From assembly GCA_002811645.1 (NCBI GenBank), contig PDIP01000145.1:1-39128 (forward strand): a DNA stretch of 39,128 nt, written 5' to 3'. The translations under genes were made by a program, and so were the position numbers. This document shows, in pieces, positions 23,676 through 33,420 of the stretch. Each line of letters begins with the position of its first letter. Position 1 is the first letter of the stretch. This stretch comes from Corallochytrium limacisporum Hawaii. Its lineage: Eukaryota > Protista > Pluriformea. The notes beneath the pieces were generated by a model. It was not told the origin of the DNA. It ran no database searches and saw only the letters and a program-made list of their open reading frames with translations.

Positions 23676-26600
23676 TCACTCATAGTAGTCGGTGGTCTGG
23701 AACTCTGCAGAAGCTGAGTTCGCGCGCATCGCTGCTTCAACAGGGGGCGGTCCGTCAGTTTCGCCATTGTCGCCTTCGTTGCCGGTGTCGGACGTGCCCT
23801 GCTTGCTAGATCCATCGGCACCACCGGCATTATGACCTTCCGCTCCTACCACTTCGATATAGTTCTCATCGCTTGGACTGCCCACAACTTCAGACTCGTC
23901 TTGTTGATAGACGGAGCGGCGCTGCCGCAGATTCTTGCGCCTCTGCTCCTCGTGTTGCATCTCGCTCCGTCGGAGCGCTTCCGCTTGCGCAAGGGCCGCA
24001 GCACCGGCCAGTGATGAGCTAACATTACTCGGGGGCGGAGTGACCTCGGAATACACGTTCTCTTGAGCTGACAGGGCACCTCCAGTACCAGGCACCATAC
24101 GGTCCGTGGTCGGTTCGGAATAGATCGTCCCTGAGTACGCCGTGTCTCCATCCGATGTCCGGCTACGGGCAGTGGCGCCGACTGCCACTCCGGCGGCACC
24201 GACCGCCGCTGCGGCTCCAATCGGCGGCAGCGGGCGTGATGCAGCACTGCCATCACCCGAATCTGAGACGTCCACAATCTGCGAGTTGGGAGTGACATAG
24301 TTCGCGGGATCGATACCAGATTCCAGCTCCCCACCGCTGCCTTTTGTTGAGGATGCGCCCTTTGCCCCAGCATTGGAGCCTGTGAATGATGGAATGGCCA
24401 CAAATTGTGTCTGTGTTTCACCTGCACGCGACTTTCGGCGCTTGTGCACAACATATCCAGCGATCGCAGCCACCAATACAACAGCACCGGCCACTACGCC
24501 AGCGATGAGTGCAACGCTTGAGCTGGATGAGGAACTGTCACCGTCGCCACCGTCGCCGCCTCCGCCGTTGCCGCCCGCGTTGTCCGATCCAGCTGAGCCA
24601 CCGTCGGGTGCGTCAAGATCGCCACCACTCGCGTCAGAACATAGTGTGCCAATCAGTGTTAGGCCCTCACCACAGGCAGTGCAGACGTATTGCTGCTCCC
24701 CTTCCTGCGGGTCAGGGACATCCTCACAGTTGCCGCCTTCGCCACCACATGGTGAGTCCGCGCACGTGCGCGTGTCACCTTCCCCTCCGGTGCTTGTATC
24801 GTCGCCAGCGCCGCCTTCGTTTTCGTCGTAATCAAGGGAAAATGCGTAGGTGCGGCCTTCACCCAAATCCTGGGTACCGTCGTCTCCTTCGTCTTCGGCT
24901 AGGAGGGTAGGGAACGTACCGTTGAGGATGTTCGTCCGCGGAGCGCCCACGCAGAGAATGTAGCTTTCCGTACTCTGTGCCTCTTTTTCCATGGCCAGTG
25001 CAAAACTTTCTCCAAGGAAAGCTCCATCATCCGCAGACGCTGAGGATAGTGAATTGGCCTCGATCACGAAGTCTTCGCCTGCGGACGATGCACCACCGGA
25101 GCGGCTTGCGATGAAGACCTCGCCTGGCCCAAGTTCGAAGGGGAAACTATTCTGGAGCGGGTCCAGTAGCTGACGCGGACTACCGGCCAGGAGAACCGTC
25201 CCGGACCGGCTGAGGACGAGGTCCGTAATAAATTCGAGGGCTGAGTTCTCGGCGGTTTGCTCGGGAACGGACACAGTTGGCAGTGACACGGTAACGTCTG
25301 TGGTGAAGCCCCCTGCGTCTCGGTCCAGGACGCCGATGTAGACTTCTCCCGTATAGAGAATGGTTGACCCGTTTTCGTCGATGGCCTCAAAGAGGGGAGT
25401 GATGGCAAATGTGTCGTCAGTGAGTGCTATGGACGCGCCAAAGGCGCCAGAGTTGGTCGGGTAGGGGGTTTCAAACCGGCGCACGAGAGTATAATTGGTC
25501 GTGTAGGTGGCACCGTTGGAAAGACCATTGCGATTGGAATGATTCGAGTCCCGGTACAGATAGCAGGCACCTGCATTCTGGATCGTTGTTGTCGTACTGA
25601 GAGTCGCAGTCTCAGAGAGGATGCAGCCCAAAATGTACTCACCACTTGGACTGATGGCATTCCGCCCAGAGATGACGTAGCTGCCGCCACCGTTAGAGAG
25701 ATCGAGGCCATTGTTTGGCTCGACTCCGCCATTATCAGTCACGGACAGCAGTCGTGGCTGGTCCCTGAACTGGCCGGACAAGAAGTCGCCAAGGGTGACC
25801 ACAAGCAGTCCGCCGAGGTTTGCAATGGCCTGAGATGTTTCTGCGCTGTTTGAGCTCTGATCTATCGCGCCAGCGATCAGCACGCCGCCGTCACCGGACA
25901 GGGCGATGCCTCTGCCGCCTATAAGCAGACCCTCTGGTCCGTAGAGTACGACATCGCCATCAAAGGCATCGTCAGCGCTCCGCCGACTGAAGACAAATAA
26001 CGCGCCATTGTTGACCTCGCTAGCGCCAACACCATCGACGGCGCCCGCTGGTTTGTCAAGGCCTTCGGCAGATACAACCAGACGCAGACCGTTGTCGGAC
26101 AGGGCGACGTGGTTGCCGAAAAAGACGTCTGTCTGCAACACACCGGGGATCAAGGAATCCAGATCGCCAAGGTCGATAAGCTGGAATGCATCGTAGCCTG
26201 GAATCGGGCCGTCAGTAGTGGATGAGCGCCTAAAAATTTCCACGGCACCGGCGTTGTCGACACCATCAATGGAACGTGTTGGACAGCCAACAGCGAGAAT
26301 GTCACCGCCACTGTAGCTCACTGCCACAGCAGCCCCGCAATTGCCGAGGACACCGGGGCCTGCGACGGTGTCCATGGTGTCTATCTGACTCGTGTCCACG
26401 AACTCACCGTCGTCTAGCGATTCTTCGGAATCCTGGCGTCTGTTGTGACGACTACGACGGTCGGGGTTATGTCCGTCTTCCATGTCAAACCCTCCAATCT
26501 TGCGATTGAGGAAGTCACTCTCACGGAATTTGCCATCATAGGTTCCCTTATCGCTGTTCCGGACATGGCCTCTGTCAGTGCGCGACCAAGGCCCAGCCTT

Positions 26601-27038
26601 GAGATGCTGACGCTTTTTTGCATGCGTGTCGATGTCACCGACCTCTTCTGCATTGTCTTGTGGAGTTCCCATGGTCACACTAAGTTTCTGCTTCTGTTCG
26701 TTGAGAATTTCGCTGGGATCGCCGTTGAATCCGTCCAGATCCTCCACCCAGTCCCGAATGAAATCCCTCTTTTCGTCTCCTTCACGCTCTTCAATGGTAT
26801 CGAACTCAATATCGTCACCATCATAAATGGTGTCCCCGGCGGACTCGCTGTCGTCGTTATTGTATCGTGCACCAGGGATCTGTTCGGCCCAGGACTCATG
26901 AAGCCTCCGCCATGACGGAAGGTAGGAGACACTGGTGTACTGATCATCGTATCGAATTTGAGTGGGTATAGCTGTAGCATAGTTGAGGGTATAGACCAGA
27001 TAGACAACAGCAAAGCTGCTGATCTTGCCATTCATCAT
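23676..27038 (-). CDS. Type I single-pass membrane protein: signal peptide, charged N-terminal (pro-like) region, 7-blade FG-GAP (integrin-alpha-like) beta-propeller, EGF-like module, TM, Tyr-motif tail
   Basis: 1120 aa. Seven degenerate FG-GAP repeats at about 24835-26345 (CGAAVAV..LAVGCP..AGAVEIF; FFGNHVALS..GALFVF; GIALSGDG.VLIAGA; AISPSG..AGACYLY; FGASIAL..GEVYI; LVLSRSG.VLLAGSP..GEVFI; FLGESFAL..VGAP..GRTYAF). Six-Cys module at 24639-24764; TM followed by VHKRRKSR; no GFFKR motif. Confidence 0.88.
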   Translation of the reverse strand: MMNGKISSFAVVYLVYTLNYATAIPTQIRYDDQYTSVSYLPSWRRLHESWAEQIPGARYNNDDSESAGDTIYDGDDIEFDTIEEREGDEKRDFIRDWVEDLDGFNGDPSEILNEQKQKLSVTMGTPQDNAEEVGDIDTHAKKRQHLKAGPWSRTDRGHVRNSDKGTYDGKFRESDFLNRKIGGFDMEDGHNPDRRSRHNRRQDSEESLDDGEFVDTSQIDTMDTVAGPGVLGNCGAAVAVSYSGGDILAVGCPTRSIDGVDNAGAVEIFRRSSTTDGPIPGYDAFQLIDLGDLDSLIPGVLQTDVFFGNHVALSDNGLRLVVSAEGLDKPAGAVDGVGASEVNNGALFVFSRRSADDAFDGDVVLYGPEGLLIGGRGIALSGDGGVLIAGAIDQSSNSAETSQAIANLGGLLVVTLGDFLSGQFRDQPRLLSVTDNGGVEPNNGLDLSNGGGSYVISGRNAISPSGEYILGCILSETATLSTTTTIQNAGACYLYRDSNHSNRNGLSNGATYTTNYTLVRRFETPYPTNSGAFGASIALTDDTFAITPLFEAIDENGSTILYTGEVYIGVLDRDAGGFTTDVTVSLPTVSVPEQTAENSALEFITDLVLSRSGTVLLAGSPRQLLDPLQNSFPFELGPGEVFIASRSGGASSAGEDFVIEANSLSSASADDGAFLGESFALAMEKEAQSTESYILCVGAPRTNILNGTFPTLLAEDEGDDGTQDLGEGRTYAFSLDYDENEGGAGDDTSTGGEGDTRTCADSPCGGEGGNCEDVPDPQEGEQQYVCTACGEGLTLIGTLCSDASGGDLDAPDGGSAGSDNAGGNGGGGDGGDGDSSSSSSSVALIAGVVAGAVVLVAAIAGYVVHKRRKSRAGETQTQFVAIPSFTGSNAGAKGASSTKGSGGELESGIDPANYVTPNSQIVDVSDSGDGSAASRPLPPIGAAAAVGAAGVAVGATARSRTSDGDTAYSGTIYSEPTTDRMVPGTGGALSAQENVYSEVTPPPSNVSSSLAGAAALAQAEALRRSEMQHEEQRRKNLRQRRSVYQQDESEVVGSPSDENYIEVVGAEGHNAGGADGSSKQGTSDTGNEGDNGETDGPPPVEAAMRANSASAEFQTTDYYE

Positions 27039-30037
27039 AACTTGTTTTTGATCACTGACTATTGCACTGTAGCTGTCCTATATTCCATCTATCTTTCTAT
27101 ATACTCGGATGGAAGAACTCAAACGACCATCATTTTGGTCTTAACTCTTAGCTGTGGTATAGAAGTCCAATTCTATTTACTAAATGAACACCGGCAGGGA
27201 ACTGTCTTGCAAATCTTCATTCTGACTTCAGTTCTGAGTGTGCTCGTAATGTCATGCTCTTCATACCTGTACCATTGGGTCATCCGATTCGTTGGCTATA
27301 GCCGGTGTAATCCGTTCCAATAGCACTAAGACAGCATGACATACACCAGCGATAATCAAGCCCCGCAGGAGGACAAACTTTACCAAAACATGGGAAACCG
27401 GAGCAATCAAGAACGTCCTTCGACGAGCCCAAGACTTGTCATCGACGACACCAAGAAATGAACCATTCATAGGCCGTGCACTGGAGTATCGAGTGCGCGA
27501 GGGAAGCCTTTGAACTTGCGCATCTCTCAACGCAATCTGCTAGTTCGGCTCACCAAACCAAACAGATCCAGTACCAAAATGCGGTGCACCGGCACCACAG
27601 CCGGGTATCCGATTCATCTTCTGCGTGGTGAAGGGTTCTTGTGCCCAGACGCCCCGGGATTTTGTGCGCGGCTCCCCCTTCCCCCCTCGCACCATTTTTT
27701 ACTGTTCCCCCTCATGACTGAGGGGTATTGGGTACCAATCTCCTGGTAACTAACATTTTTCAGTCGGTCAGCTCGGCCGCGTACCGAGTGTATGGCAGCA
27801 CCACAGGAAAAATAGGAAAGAGTTGCAAGTGGGGCGGTGGACAGGGGGAGAGAAATCAAGAGAAAGAATTTCGAAGAACGCAAGATTGTCTGACACTCTC
27901 AAATAACAGCGAGGAAAATGACCAGAATAGGGATCGGAAGTGCACAAAACGGCAACAGAAAAGTGTCCTCCATGGAATACACAATGAAGGTGGTACCGGT
28001 CCTCCTGTGGCATAAGCGCAAAAGTTTGGGACACAGTCCCCGGGGGGAACCTTGGGGTGTGCCCCGGTGGCCCAGTCCGTGCTCTAGACTCTTACGACTC
28101 TACACCCGCATCCGCATATCCCATCCGCACATGACTCACAAACAACATTGCACATGATCTATAGAGAATGTACTGCCAGGCCAGGTACGAAGGAAAGGTG
28201 ATGAACACCTTGTCATCGTACTCGCATGGTGTCAACCTCGTCGACGCCACGCACGGGATAGAGTCGCCCATCCGAAGTATTGTGTGCCTAGCAGTGAAAA
28301 TGGAGGCACAGCAGAATCTCCTCTGTTTGTCACATGAGAAGTAAATTTTTCACTGTCCCTTGGGAGTTGGATGCTAAGCACTCCTGTTGGCGCAAGCCAT
28401 CTCAGCCATTGCCTGGAGTGGCTTGAAGAGCAGGTGCAGGCAAAGAATCTAATCACAACAAGTAGTGGTGCAGCATCCAACCACATCCTCAAGCTTTACG
28501 GCTTTCTATTTATACAGTGATTCATTCCCTCGTGTCCCTGATGTTGCGGGTAACTGCTTCTTGATGGTCCCGGATGGAACGTACGGATGTTAACATTTCG
28601 GTTAGCACCCATGGATAGTCTGACGACACTTAGAACACAAAAAGAATGTACAAAGTCATCGCAAAGCCCAGATTGAGGGCGGCCGAGGGTTGATCATTAG
28701 AAAGGTGGAGTTATATAGGTATCATATCTAAAGTATCTTTTCTTAGGGTTGGCCTGGGATATAATTTGTATTAGGATGCCAACAATTGCGACAGGTCTTG
28801 CCTACAATTCGGTCGCGACTGTGAACCTAAAAGAGATGGAGTCGGGTCTACCGGTAACTAAATCTCGAGGGCAATCAACAAATCTCTCAACTCCTCTCCT
28901 CCCCCATTGTTCTCGTTCCTATTTTATAAAAATACGTATATTTATTTATTCATTTTATAACTACTCATAGGTAGCTTTACCCTATTTTAGGAAATAAGTA
29001 TATCAAATATCATTCTTATTTCATTTCCAGGAGCTCCGTCATCACAACTGCGGCAGGCCACCGTTGCTCGTTCCTGGGTCACCGCGAGGGCCCAAGGAAA
29101 GTTTAGTGTAGACTTGCCAAATCGGCGTCATTATTAGCGCATACTTTGTAGGAAAATTGTAAACTCGTGGCAAGCCCCGGTACCTTGCCACCACCATTCT
29201 GCGCGCCAAAAAAAATTGTGGGTCCACCGTTTGAGTCCGGATTGGCCACTGGCACAGCTCCCTCCCCCCTCTCCTCGGGCCCCATCTTCATTTCACACAC
29301 AGACTGGTACTTAGTATACTGACAATGATGAAAACAGTTTGTAAAACCAAGCAAATTGAGGGTACCAGACCGATACCGTGGTGCGTTTGGCACGACAAGG
29401 AAAATCTGAAGCTTTCAATCACTGCCAAGGGGGGTGAGACGAGAAACGGACGAGAAAGTCAGTACGTTTAATATGGCAAAAGTGCTTACTTCGAAGTGGC
29501 GCAAATCTAAAACGACGTCCCCCTGCATTCACGGAACACAAAGGGATTCCTGAGGGAACTGGTCTCATACAATTTCTATAGCCATTCCGGTGAGGACAAA
29601 TCATCCCTTTGTTCTTCAGCCATATTTCGAAACTTTAGTACTTTTACTATGAAATGTCGGTGCCAAACGTGCTCTGAATCAAATACAAGATTGGTATGGG
29701 GCCTATTTACGCCCTGGCTCGGGTAGACGATAGGGGGACTGGTAAGTAAAGAGTACATTAATACTTAATGTATTTGATTAATTTTTCGTCGTCTTCTCCT
29801 TATATGTACCTACCTAGGTCTGCACAGTGTTGAGCAAAATCAAAATATTCAATCAAATGTTTGGGTCCTATTTAAAACAACCGGGAAACAGGGGACGAGG
29901 GGAGCGGGAGCCAAAAAGAAACGGAACACACGCGAGCCGGCGGGAGGGAGGCCAGACCTTAGGGCCCCCCCCCACCCTCACACACGCAGACACGCACACA
30001 CACACACACAGACCGAAACTCAGTCGGAGGGAGGAGT

Positions 30038-30258
30038 NNNNNNNNNNNNNNNNNNNNNNNNNNNNNNNNNNNNNNNNNNNNNNNNNNNNNNNNNNNNNNN
30101 NNNNNNNNNNNNNNNNNNNNNNNNNNNNNNNNNNNNNNNNNNNNNNNNNNNNNNNNNNNNNNNNNNNNNNNNNNNNNNNNNNNNNNNNNNNNNNNNNNNN
30201 NNNNNNNNNNNNNNNNNNNNNNNNNNNNNNNNNNNNNNNNNNNNNNNNNNNNNNNNNN
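30038..30258. other. Assembly gap (N run)
   Basis: N run. Confidence 1.
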
Positions 30259-30514
30259 GGGGGGAAGGGATTGGGAGATCTCTATGATAACCCGCCGGTC
30301 CCAAAGGGAAAGGCGGATGAAAGAAATGGCGTAAGAATCACGTAAAAGGGAACCCCGCTTAACCTCCGCCCCTCCCCCGTCTCCCTCCCTTTTTTCTCAC
30401 TTTCCCTTCCTTTTTCGCCAGCCTCCGGCCCCCCCTCCCCACGGGAGGTAGGGAGGGCCACGGTGTCCCTCGCCCCGCACCCCTTCCTCCAACCCGCCCG
30501 GGCTCCCCAACAAA

Positions 30515-30963
30515 GGACTATCGCGCGTTACTCACGCTTATCTAAAGCGTAGTGTGACGACTGGACCGTACCTCCACGTCGGTGGTGCCTTGTTCCTTGA
30601 CTTATAATTGGAGGGCTACGGTCCACAGAGCGCCAGCCGTGAAGTAACGGACTATCAAGCAAATTACACACCAGGCGCGGAGTGGGATGACGACCACAGA
30701 GAGCGGTTGCACCGATGGCAGGGGTATTGTGTCTGTGTGACTGACGAGTTTCGTGTGAACCACAAGTTTAACATTTTCTATATAGTGGCGAGGGCCGATA
30801 AAGGATGGAAATCGGTACCCCCGCCTTGCCCACTGAAACGGTCTGTCTTTGATTACATTGAAGGCACATGGAGGACCGACGCGACAATGGCTGTCGTCCG
30901 CCATACTCTCGGACCAGTCTACTGGTAACAATGTCGTAAGGTGCTGGTGAGACCAAGACGTTA
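30515..30963 (+). pseudogene. Coding-like fragment of unknown family with in-frame stops
   Basis: One frame reads GLSRVTHAYLKRSVTTGPYLHVGGALFLDL*LEGYG...FDYIEGTWRTDATMAVVRHTLGPVYW*. Composition is globular-protein-like, there is no ATG start, and it lies just after the gap at 30038-30258. Confidence 0.25.
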
Positions 30964-31205
30964 GGTTTTGAGACCGAGATACGGGCATTTGTGGTTGCCG
31001 CTGCGTAGTGGATGAGAATATAAGCCACAGCGTAATAAAGTATACAACGTCGGACACGGGGAATCATATTTTGGATGATGGATATTTTAATAGGCGAACT
31101 ACGGAACGAACGATGTAATAGTAGAATTTGGTAAATGGGGGTTGTAGTTTGGGGGTCGAACGGATTGGTGCTATGTGTGTGCAAAATGTGTGCATGTGAA
31201 AATGG

Positions 31206-31206
<1 letters not shown>

Positions 31207-31237
<31 letters not shown>
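31207..31237. repeat. (TG)n microsatellite just 3' of the NhaC-family gene
   Basis: Directly visible. Confidence 0.96.
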
Positions 31238-31238
<1 letters not shown>

Positions 31239-31286
31239 TGTGTGGTGTGAGAAATGTAGATGATTGTGGTTGGAAAGATTTAGAAT

Positions 31287-33278
31287 TTAAACGACACGGG
31301 GCCCAGAGCTGTCACCGACAGACTCGTAGTCGGGCAGGTAAGCGTCGCGCTCCTCTTCCTTGGCCTTGTTGTGCTGAGCCACATTCTCGAGGCTACCGGA
31401 GCTCTCCTCGTCAACCCAGATAGTCTCGGGGATCTTCTTACCGACGATGAAGTACACACCGAAGATGATAATCACGAAGGCAGGGTAGGCAATCCACATA
31501 GGCATGCCATAGGCCACAGGCAGGTAACCGAGGCCGGTGGCAATGACGGCACCAAGGAATGCGTAGGGCATCTGGGTCTTAACGTGATGCAAATGATCGG
31601 CGGCCGCGGCAGTGGAACTGAGTACAGTGGTGTCAGAGATCGGAGAGCAGTGGTCACCGAAGATGGCACCATCCAAGACGGCAGCACCGGTGAGGTAGAA
31701 GATGACCTCTTCCTCAATGCCGAGGGCAGAGTCGGGATCGGGAGTCGCCAGACCGTAGGCCAGAGGCAAGGCAATGGGCAACAGAATACCCATGGTACCG
31801 AAGGAGGTACCAGAAGCAATGGCAGTGATGGCGGCCAACAAGAAGACGACGAAGGGGACAATCTCCAAATCAATATCACCAAGCAGAGCAATCAAGTACG
31901 TGGCAGTGCCCATGGCGTCGCAGACAGCCTTGATACCGAAGGCAAGGATCAGCAGAGTAATGGGGAAGGCCATGGCGGGAATGGTGTGCAGGAAGGAGAT
32001 AACACAGTCCTCGACGGTCAGGAGGCGCTGGTAGATGGGCATGATAGCGGCAATGAGGGCACCAATGACGGCGACAATGAACAGAACGTAGGAGGAGTCG
32101 GAGTTACCGAAAGCCTCGCGCCAGGCGACGGGGTCGGAAATGTGGCAGCTTCCCTCGACGTAAGAGCAACCATTGACGAAGATACCGATGAGAGAACCGA
32201 AAACAATGGCGAACAGAGGCACAACAGCATTCTCCCAGCGCTTGGGCTTACCCGGGGTGGGGGCATCGAGCTCGGTGTCGTGGCGGATCATGGGGGTGGC
32301 ATCGTCAGCGACCAGCTTGCCAGTCTCAGCGGCACGCTTCTCGGCCTCGAACATGGGACCAAAGTCACGGCCCAGACCATTGGAGATGAAGACGATCAGG
32401 ATGGCAATCATGCAGTAGTAGCGGTAGGGCAGGCACTGCAGGAAGAGCTCGTAACCGGTCATGTCAATGCCCAGGGAGTTGGCGACGTCCTGGAACAAAC
32501 CGACCTCGAAAGCAATCCAGGTAGAGACAATGGCAATACCGGCAATGGGGGCCGCGGTAGAGTCAATCAAGTAAGCCAGCTTCTCGCGAGAAATCTGCAT
32601 CTTATCAGACAGACCGCGGGCAGTGTTACCGACAATGATGGCGTTACCGTAGTCATCGAAGAAAACAACCAGACCCATGAGGGCAATGGTCAGACGGGTG
32701 GTGTAGGGAGTGCGGGCGAGGTGACCGATCAGCTCAAGCATACCGTCCAGACCACCACTGCGCTTCATGATGAGAACAGCACCGACAAGAGCGAGAGTGA
32801 ACCCGATGATGAAAGCGTTGAAAGGATCAGTGACCGGGTTCCAGATGAACTGCTCGTAAACCTCCCAGGGGTTTCCGTCAGTAGCAATCATACCGCCGAT
32901 GAAGATGGAAATGAACAGGGCCACGAGAATCTCGTGGAAGCAAGCAGCCAGGGCAATAGTGAGCCAAGGAGGCAGCATGGAGTACCATTCACCAGCCTCA
33001 GTGTCCTCTGGCAGCTTGTCCTCACCGCTGAGCGGGATGAAGGGGAAAGTGACAAAGAAGGCTGCCATGATGACCAGGAAAGCGACCCAGCGCTTCCAGT
33101 TCCTGAAAGTCGAATTGACATGGAAGATGATGTTAACCTTTTCCTTGGGTGGCAGAGGGTCATCGGTCTTAGTATCGATCTCACGCCAGTCCCAGTTGAC
33201 GACAAGGTAGTAGCAACCAGCGACGATCACGGTCACCAGGATAGCGGCAATGTAGCCGAATGCATAAGAAGTAGTCAT
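31287..33278 (-). CDS. NhaC-family (Na+/H+ antiporter / ion-coupled solute) transporter, bacterial type, with extra N-terminal TM segments
   Basis: Family motifs WYSMLPP, FFDDYGN.IIVG, ISREKLAYLIDSTAAP, GTSFGTMGIL, GAIFGDHCSPISDTTVLSS, HVKTQMPYA; many TM helices. The ORF-track start at 33383 is a TTG; the first in-frame ATG is at 33278 (AAAGCAAAT-ATG). Confidence 0.92.
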   Translation of the reverse strand: MTTSYAFGYIAAILVTVIVAGCYYLVVNWDWREIDTKTDDPLPPKEKVNIIFHVNSTFRNWKRWVAFLVIMAAFFVTFPFIPLSGEDKLPEDTEAGEWYSMLPPWLTIALAACFHEILVALFISIFIGGMIATDGNPWEVYEQFIWNPVTDPFNAFIIGFTLALVGAVLIMKRSGGLDGMLELIGHLARTPYTTRLTIALMGLVVFFDDYGNAIIVGNTARGLSDKMQISREKLAYLIDSTAAPIAGIAIVSTWIAFEVGLFQDVANSLGIDMTGYELFLQCLPYRYYCMIAILIVFISNGLGRDFGPMFEAEKRAAETGKLVADDATPMIRHDTELDAPTPGKPKRWENAVVPLFAIVFGSLIGIFVNGCSYVEGSCHISDPVAWREAFGNSDSSYVLFIVAVIGALIAAIMPIYQRLLTVEDCVISFLHTIPAMAFPITLLILAFGIKAVCDAMGTATYLIALLGDIDLEIVPFVVFLLAAITAIASGTSFGTMGILLPIALPLAYGLATPDPDSALGIEEEVIFYLTGAAVLDGAIFGDHCSPISDTTVLSSTAAAADHLHHVKTQMPYAFLGAVIATGLGYLPVAYGMPMWIAYPAFVIIIFGVYFIVGKKIPETIWVDEESSGSLENVAQHNKAKEEERDAYLPDYESVGDSSGPRVV

Positions 33279-33410
33279 ATTTGCTTTGTTTGAGTTGAAC
33301 TCTTGCGTTTTAAGTTGAACTTCCTTATGGGGGTGCAACTTCAAATCCGTTTGATATCGGAGAAGGCTAAGGATCCATTCCAATGAATGTTTACTTCTGT
33401 GATCTAGTGT

Positions 33411-33420
33411 CTCTTATATA
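33411..33420 (-). promoter_or_regulatory. Possible TATA box upstream of the NhaC-family gene
   Basis: TATATAAGAG on the minus strand, about 135 nt upstream of ATG 33278. Motif match only. Confidence 0.3.

Noticed and set aside
23676-27038. Calling this gene a true integrin alpha
   Set aside because: It lacks thigh/calf domains and the GFFKR motif, and has an EGF-like module and a long tail instead.
29167-29191. 8-bp stem GTGGCAAG/CTTGCCAC as a Helitron 3' hairpin
   Set aside because: No CTRR terminus at the expected distance on either strand.
31371-33293. 640-aa + strand ORF overlapping the NhaC-family gene
   Set aside because: Antisense shadow of a codon-biased membrane protein gene, with no recognisable motifs.
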